A program made the position numbers and the translations under genes. A DNA stretch of 38,334 nt from assembly GCA_031266115.1 (NCBI GenBank), contig JAISBQ010000025.1:1-38334 (forward strand), given 5' to 3'. Under the pieces are notes generated by a model, which worked only from the letters and a program-made list of their open reading frames with translations, did no database searches and was not told where the DNA came from. Position 1 is the first letter of the stretch. The number at the start of each line of letters is the position of its first letter. The stretch is from Bifidobacteriaceae bacterium (lineage in GTDB: Bacteria > Actinomycetota > Actinomycetes > Actinomycetales > WQXJ01). Below, in pieces: positions 33,901-38,334 of this stretch.

Positions 33901-36900
33901 TCCGCGGCACCGGAGTTGATCGCGTTGTCGAGGATATTCTGCGCGAGCCCTTGAGTGGCCCAGTCCGACTCGGATCCTGACCCACCGTGCGACAGGTAGA
34001 GCGTCGGATACGGCTTGGCGCGGGACTGGTCGTAGCCCGGCGGCAGGTAGACCACCAGGTTGTGCTGGCCTGCTGGGCTCGTCGACGCCGGTGAGTTGTA
34101 CCGGATCGGAACCAGCGTGCCACCTGTCCCCGTTGCCACGGCCTGCGCGAACGAGAAGTCCGGGGTCGGGAACAGGGTAGAGGTGGGCACCACGATCTGG
34201 GACATGCGCTGTGCGGCGACGCCCAGGTCAGCCATGCCCGGAAGGTTGGACCACGGCACGTTGTAGGGATCGGGCTGTTGCATGCACGAGCCGCCCTGCG
34301 TCTGGCAATTGTGCAGGAACCCGTAGCTGAACACGCCAGCGGGAAGCGCTGTCGTGTATTCCCAGACACCGTCTGGACCCTGGACCATCGGGGTTGATGG
34401 CCACACGCCCGCCTGACCCACCGTGTCACCAGGCCGCCAATCGTCGCCCATATGCCAATCCGCGTCGAACTTGGAGCGGATGTCCTCAGGCTGCGCGAAT
34501 GCCCATTCTCCGTAGATGGAGACGCTGGTCACGCCCGCGGGAGCTTGATAGCGGATAGTCGCCGCGTAGCCCGTGGGCCCGGTTCCCGTGTAGCGGATCG
34601 TTGGGCCAAGGTTGAGCGGGTTGGGGTTCCCCGCCGCGACCGTGATGGCCGATGTCGTCTCAGCCGGGTCAAAGAGCGCGTCACCTGAGTAGGCGGCCTT
34701 CAACTCGACGGAACCGGACTGGGGGAAGACCACGGAGACCGCGGCCACGCCGTCGGCAGCGATGTCCGCGACGCCCAACACTGCTCCGTCGGCGGTGAAT
34801 GTCACCGTGCCGGTTGGCACGACGCTAGCGGCGAGCGGGGCAACGGTCGCACGGACAGTCGTCAGCGCGTTCTGCCTAACGCCCGCGGGCGCAGCCACGG
34901 TGACGCCAGCGTCGCGGAAGGCGACCTCGGTGACGAAGTCACCCATCGCCTCACGCCACCAGGCCCAGTTGTGCCCACCGTTGGTGTTGTACTTCCGGTA
35001 CGACACGCCGGCATCGTCGAGGAGCTGTTGCTCAAGCGTGGTGTTGGCCTGCGCGGCGCCTCCCAGGTCCTGGATGGCCACGCCGACCTGGAGGCCGAGC
35101 AGCTCCTTGAGCGCCGGGTTCGCCGCCTCGGCCTGCGTGGGTGCCCCACGGGGGGCGGACCAGACCGCGTAGTAGCCGAACGTCGAGGTCCGGTGGAACA
35201 AGATGTCCTGCACCGTGGTGGCGCCGCCCGACAGGCCCGCATAGGCGCGCCACTGCGGATCGGTCGACACCGCGTAGTGCGACTCGACGTACGGGATGAG
35301 GTTGCCGAGAAGGTCCGCCGTGGTCGGGTTGTTCGGCATGACCACAACCATGGGTTGGGCCTGGCCGCTGGAGATGAGGTTGTCCAGGATCGCCTTCGCA
35401 GCGCCCTGTGTGCTCCAATCCATCTCGTTGCCGCCGCCACCATGCACCAGGTAGAAGGTCGGGTACTCCACGCCGCCAGCCGGGTCGTATCCGGGCGGGG
35501 TGTAGATGGTGGCGTAATTCACGCCGTTCGGGTTGGTGTGGCCCGGCGAGCCGTAGATGACGTGAGTCACCGTGCCCTTGCCGACCGCACCGTTCGGGTC
35601 CTGCCAGCTCAGGTCGCCCGTGTCGAACTCCCCGCCTGTGGGCACATAGACCTGCGAGTTAGGCTCCGACGAGCCGGCCGTCGACCATGGCGGGTTGGCG
35701 GGGTCGGATTGCGCGCTGCAACCCGACAACGACGGTGCGTTTCCGTTGCAGTTCAGGTAGAAGGCGTAGGTGTACGTGCCCGCCGGAAGCTGGGTGGTGT
35801 ACTCCCACACGCCGGTGGTCGGGTTCTTCACCAGATCCGCCACCGGCCAGTTGGCCGCTGAACCGACGTTGGGCGCCGAGAGCGGGAAGTCTCCTGCCTC
35901 CCATGTCGAGCCGTAGTGCGGGTTCGGGTTGGTCTGGTCGGCGGCGATGCCGTCGGCATTGCCGAAGGACCACTCGCCCTTGATCCGCACCGAGGACACC
36001 GAATCTGGCGCCTCATACCGGAACGTCACCTCATAGCCCGTGGGAGCCTCGCCCGTGTAGCTCACCGTCGGACCCAAGTGAACCGGCGCCGGGGGTGTGG
36101 CGTCCTTGAACGCGACGGAAGAAATGAACTCGTTCAACAGCCAACGCCACACATCCCACGAGTGCACGCCCTCGCGATACTGCTCGATGACGTTGGCACC
36201 GAGAGACCTGTAGGTGTCGGCCAATATTGGAGCAACGGCGCCGGGTCCGGGGAAGTTGGCCGGCTGCGACCTACGGTCATTGGTGCCCGCTCCGAGCTGA
36301 ATGACCAGCGGGGAGCGCAATCCCGGTCCGTTCTCCTCCTCGGTCAAGTTGTACAAATCCGTGCCGCCGATGGCGGCATTCGGGTCATCCTTGGGGGACC
36401 AGACTCCGACATATCCGACCAGGCCGGGGTTGGTGGCCACGGACTCAGAAACCGCCATGCCGCCCTGTGACAGCCCGGCCAACGCGCGGTCTTCCATCCT
36501 GGTGGACACGTTGTAATGGGACTCTATCCACGGGATCAGCGAGTCTTTGAGTTCCGTTCCCAAGAGGATCGCGCTGGCATCCGCGTTGCCGCCAGTCAAG
36601 GAAACATAGGTGACCAACACGAGCACCATGTCCTTAGCGCGCCCGTCGGCGATGGCGTTCGCGAGAATGTTCTGGGCGACACCCTGGGTGGCCCAATCCG
36701 TCTCGTTACCACCGCCACCATGGGACAGATACAGCGTCGGATACGGCTCGGCCCGAGCGGGATCGTAGTTCGGCGGCAGCCACACCACCGCCTTGCGAGC
36801 GCCACCCGACAGCGACGACTCGTAGGTGACGGGGCTCAGCGTGCCGCGGTCCGCCGCAGCGGGCGGCGCCTGGAAGGAGAGATCCTCACTCGGGAAGGCG

Positions 36901-38333
36901 CTCGATTCTGGCACGTAGACCTGCGAGAGCGATTGGGCAGAGGAGCCGGCGCCCGCCGCCGTGTTGGACCACGGCACATTGGCCGGGTCGGTCGCGTTGG
37001 TGCAGCCCGTGCCTCCCGCACCGGTGCACACCGAGTAGCGGTAGGAGAAGGTGCCCGCGGGAAGCGGGGTGGTGAACTCCCAAATCCTGTTCTGGGCATC
37101 CACAAGGGTCATGTCCCACGTAGGCCAACCCCCGTTCCAGCCGGTACCGGCCGGCACGTCACCGGGCCGCCAATTCGCTCCCGCCCGATAGTCGGCAACA
37201 TAGTTGTTCGCCGCCATCGACGCCGGATTCGTGAAAGACCATTCGCCGTAGATCCGGACCAGCTCGATGCCGGTCGGAGCTTGATAGCGGAACGTCACCT
37301 CATGACCGGTCGGAGCTGTGTCGGTTCGCGCCACGGTCGGACCGAGTCGCAACGGGTTGACCGGACCGCTCGCGACGTCGATGGCGAGCTCTCCAACGGA
37401 GCCGCCCGCCAACTCATCGCCCGAATAGACGGCGACGATGGTCGCCGGGCCCACCTCACGCAGCAGCGTCGAGATGGTTGCCGCCCCATCAGCAGCGACC
37501 TGACCCACACCCAACTTCTCGCCACTCGACGACCCAACATAGAACGTCACCGTCCCTGTAGGCGCCACAGCGCTGGTTGACAGCGACGCAACCGTCGCCG
37601 ATAGTGTCACCGGCAACCACGCTTTCGCGCCGATCACCGGGGTGATCTCGGTCGCGGTCTTCTTGAACGCGACATCCTTGACAAACTCATCCAACGCGCC
37701 GCGCCAATAATCCCATGAGTGGATTCCTGGAATCATCCGGTCCACCACTTCCAGGCCCAGCGCTCGGTATTCGTTGATTCGGTTCTGCGTCCCGGTATTG
37801 ATATTCCCGAGATAGTCTTGCACACCGGCGCCGATCTGAAGGCCCAGAACCTCACGCATCCTCGAGAGCTGCTCGTCTGTCGGGGCTACGTACGCTCCGG
37901 CAGGAGACCAGATAGCGTAATACCCGAACACGTCCGTGGCCTCGTGCAGGGCGGACACAGCCCGCGCGCCCCCCATCGACAGGCCGGCCAACGCCCGATC
38001 CTTCGCCTCACGCGAGACATTGTATTGCCGTTCTACCATCGGAACAATTGAGTCGCGAATCTCCTGCGCGAGCCCGACGTTCCCACCGGGCAAACCGTTG
38101 AAGTTTGGTGCGACCACCACCATGTCCTGCGCGTAGCCGTTGCGGATCGCGTTACCTACGATGTTCTGGACCATCCCCTGGGTCATCCAGTCCGTGTCGT
38201 TCCCGCCACCGCCGTGAGAGATGTAGAACGTCGGATACGGCGTGGCCCGGTTGGCGTCATAGCCCTCAGGAAGCCATACCGACACGTTCCGCATACCACT
38301 GGTCGCATACGAATAGTAGCGCAGGGATGTCAA
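30963..38333 (-). CDS. C-terminal 2,456 aa of a giant multi-modular protein: five tandem [E-set/CBM48-like + PF00756-type esterase (CE1/feruloyl-esterase-like)] modules, Ig-like spacers, three FIVAR-like repeats, two Big_2 domains; N-terminus lies beyond the right edge
   Basis: ORF track; the first codon in the window is TTG, mid-domain. There are five nucleophile elbows: AGLSMGG, AGLSQGG, AGLSGGA, AGLSAGG, AGLSAGG. Each follows YPT(L/F)Y(L/I)SHGGGGNE(T)DW. E-set modules resemble GPTGYEVTFRY...GEWSF...W(E/T)(Y/F)T.PLP(A/P)G.(F/Y)(S/T)Y. FIVAR-like repeats read YTQASWAALQGAVSSAQAAL.NPNATQ. Big_2 is at the C-terminus (...YTSANPDVVSVDKTGRLLAKQAGTAKISVKAGGKTKVYTVVVS*). Confidence 0.9.
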   Translation of the reverse strand: MTSLRYYSYATSGMRNVSVWLPEGYDANRATPYPTFYISHGGGGNDTDWMTQGMVQNIVGNAIRNGYAQDMVVVAPNFNGLPGGNVGLAQEIRDSIVPMVERQYNVSREAKDRALAGLSMGGARAVSALHEATDVFGYYAIWSPAGAYVAPTDEQLSRMREVLGLQIGAGVQDYLGNINTGTQNRINEYRALGLEVVDRMIPGIHSWDYWRGALDEFVKDVAFKKTATEITPVIGAKAWLPVTLSATVASLSTSAVAPTGTVTFYVGSSSGEKLGVGQVAADGAATISTLLREVGPATIVAVYSGDELAGGSVGELAIDVASGPVNPLRLGPTVARTDTAPTGHEVTFRYQAPTGIELVRIYGEWSFTNPASMAANNYVADYRAGANWRPGDVPAGTGWNGGWPTWDMTLVDAQNRIWEFTTPLPAGTFSYRYSVCTGAGGTGCTNATDPANVPWSNTAAGAGSSAQSLSQVYVPESSAFPSEDLSFQAPPAAADRGTLSPVTYESSLSGGARKAVVWLPPNYDPARAEPYPTLYLSHGGGGNETDWATQGVAQNILANAIADGRAKDMVLVLVTYVSLTGGNADASAILLGTELKDSLIPWIESHYNVSTRMEDRALAGLSQGGMAVSESVATNPGLVGYVGVWSPKDDPNAAIGGTDLYNLTEEENGPGLRSPLVIQLGAGTNDRRSQPANFPGPGAVAPILADTYRSLGANVIEQYREGVHSWDVWRWLLNEFISSVAFKDATPPAPVHLGPTVSYTGEAPTGYEVTFRYEAPDSVSSVRIKGEWSFGNADGIAADQTNPNPHYGSTWEAGDFPLSAPNVGSAANWPVADLVKNPTTGVWEYTTQLPAGTYTYAFYLNCNGNAPSLSGCSAQSDPANPPWSTAGSSEPNSQVYVPTGGEFDTGDLSWQDPNGAVGKGTVTHVIYGSPGHTNPNGVNYATIYTPPGYDPAGGVEYPTFYLVHGGGGNEMDWSTQGAAKAILDNLISSGQAQPMVVVMPNNPTTADLLGNLIPYVESHYAVSTDPQWRAYAGLSGGATTVQDILFHRTSTFGYYAVWSAPRGAPTQAEAANPALKELLGLQVGVAIQDLGGAAQANTTLEQQLLDDAGVSYRKYNTNGGHNWAWWREAMGDFVTEVAFRDAGVTVAAPAGVRQNALTTVRATVAPLAASVVPTGTVTFTADGAVLGVADIAADGVAAVSVVFPQSGSVELKAAYSGDALFDPAETTSAITVAAGNPNPLNLGPTIRYTGTGPTGYAATIRYQAPAGVTSVSIYGEWAFAQPEDIRSKFDADWHMGDDWRPGDTVGQAGVWPSTPMVQGPDGVWEYTTALPAGVFSYGFLHNCQTQGGSCMQQPDPYNVPWSNLPGMADLGVAAQRMSQIVVPTSTLFPTPDFSFAQAVATGTGGTLVPIRYNSPASTSPAGQHNLVVYLPPGYDQSRAKPYPTLYLSHGGSGSESDWATQGLAQNILDNAINSGAAEPMVVVMPNFNGLPNGNSGLYQEIRDNVIPLIEARYNVSTSPDDRAMAGLSAGGARTAMALHEQASLFEYYGIWSGGGFYAPPADNQWSAMTQVTAVHISTGTEDWQNYPINEQSYLRAADYAEHGVPVVEWNVHGIHSWDVWRQDLNDFIRNVVFQGAPTAPVAPVTTPVVSHTGVGPTGYEVTVRLYAPGADQVEIYGEWAFTQADGTSLAPSHDGNGWVPGEIPAGGSWWWASMTDPDGDGVWTYTVPLPPGVFSYGLYVDCPARTLSCRIADPSNVPWANGDVPQAAGATTQVMSQVYVPTDPEFSSEDYSYQAVRVGPKGVLTALRYFSPESTSPVGSHQAVVYTPPGYDPDRVEPYPTLYLSHGGGGNETDWAAQGRANVILDNAINAGEAAPMVVVMTNFNGLPNGNDGYRADLIGRVIPAIEAAYNVSTDPADRAFAGLSAGGSRAFNILLSQAEEFGYFGIWSSGGSAPDLTADQVAKIRGLGGIQFSAGLNENAGLTMPVRAAEYEAAVPGLDIAEYYVPGVHAWAVWRQSLNDFIRNHAFKDTPDQPTTPVTSQALEALANVAGALNEDLYTQASWAALQGAVSSAQAALSNPNATQGDIDAAAAALSGAIAGLIPAPTAPPGSGAGDSGPLSALVTGVSTLRAESYSQATWAALQAALTGARAVTANPASTQAELNAALAALNAALAALAPAPTPAPTQSSPAPSEPGVVDPGPVVDAAATLAAKTALGSVVTQAESLVSGGYTAESWAALQTVLSAAKAIGGDPAAGAAQAQAAIVQLSKALAGLVAQAPAPVTGPEGSVATVSLVKAGQRAVVLAKGQKITIAALAYTDTGAKATVRWSSSAKSVATVSSTGMITAKKAGKATITIRAGAKNTTLKVTVLAKKPSATVKKVTATVPKTLRVGDSGTVIPTYSPARVAKVKVTYTSANPDVVSVDKTGRLLAKQAGTAKISVKAGGKTKVYTVVVS

Positions 38334-38334
38334 C

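Noticed and set aside
31611-33980. A 789-aa plus-strand ORF inside the esterase gene, with striking R/H/T/I/P runs.
   Set aside because: It is a by-product of the A/C-rich plus strand in the codon-atypical module 5. It is informative as a symptom of the mosaic but is not a gene.

Overview
High-GC (roughly 68-70%) actinobacterial chromosomal window, mostly coding on the minus strand. I saw no CRISPR array, transposase or integrase.

Contents, left to right:
1. A translationally coupled pair: an unknown 206-aa protein plus an XRE-HTH/ImmA-like protein that runs off the left edge.
2. About 1 kb of repeat-rich non-coding DNA holding a nitroreductase remnant, two 51-nt palindromes and a GATTGTCGAAT motif triplet.
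3. An Eis-type GNAT acetyltransferase and a frameshifted ATPase remnant.
4. A 3,003-aa LAxTG-anchored Ig-repeat surface adhesin.
5. A 1,306-aa DUF4011/SF1-helicase-like protein whose Walker A and B motifs are destroyed.
6. tRNA-Arg(CCT), tatB, tatC and tatA.
7. A [NiFe]-hydrogenase locus: hypC, an orphan large-subunit paralogue and hypA, then hupS-hupL-hupC-hupD. The cytochrome b subunit carries a ~190-aa N-terminal extension resembling a P-type ATPase nucleotide-binding domain.
8. An SRAP/YedK peptidase and a GNAT.
9. A second ~1 kb non-coding region with an iteron-like GACTTTSGTC array and two 115-nt direct repeats that fold into hairpins with C-rich loops.
10. Two convergent MmyB-like XRE regulators, one with a G14 tract in its 3' end.
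11. The C-terminal 2,456 aa of a giant protein with five tandem E-set+esterase modules, one of which has foreign-looking codon usage.

The candidates I rate highest as possibly undescribed are the two hydrogenase-locus oddities (orphan large-subunit paralogue; ATPase-N-domain/cytochrome b fusion), the motif-dead helicase-like giant, the structured repeat region at 28.1-28.7 kb, and the mosaic penta-esterase.

All calls are by-eye motif recognition; no database search was run.
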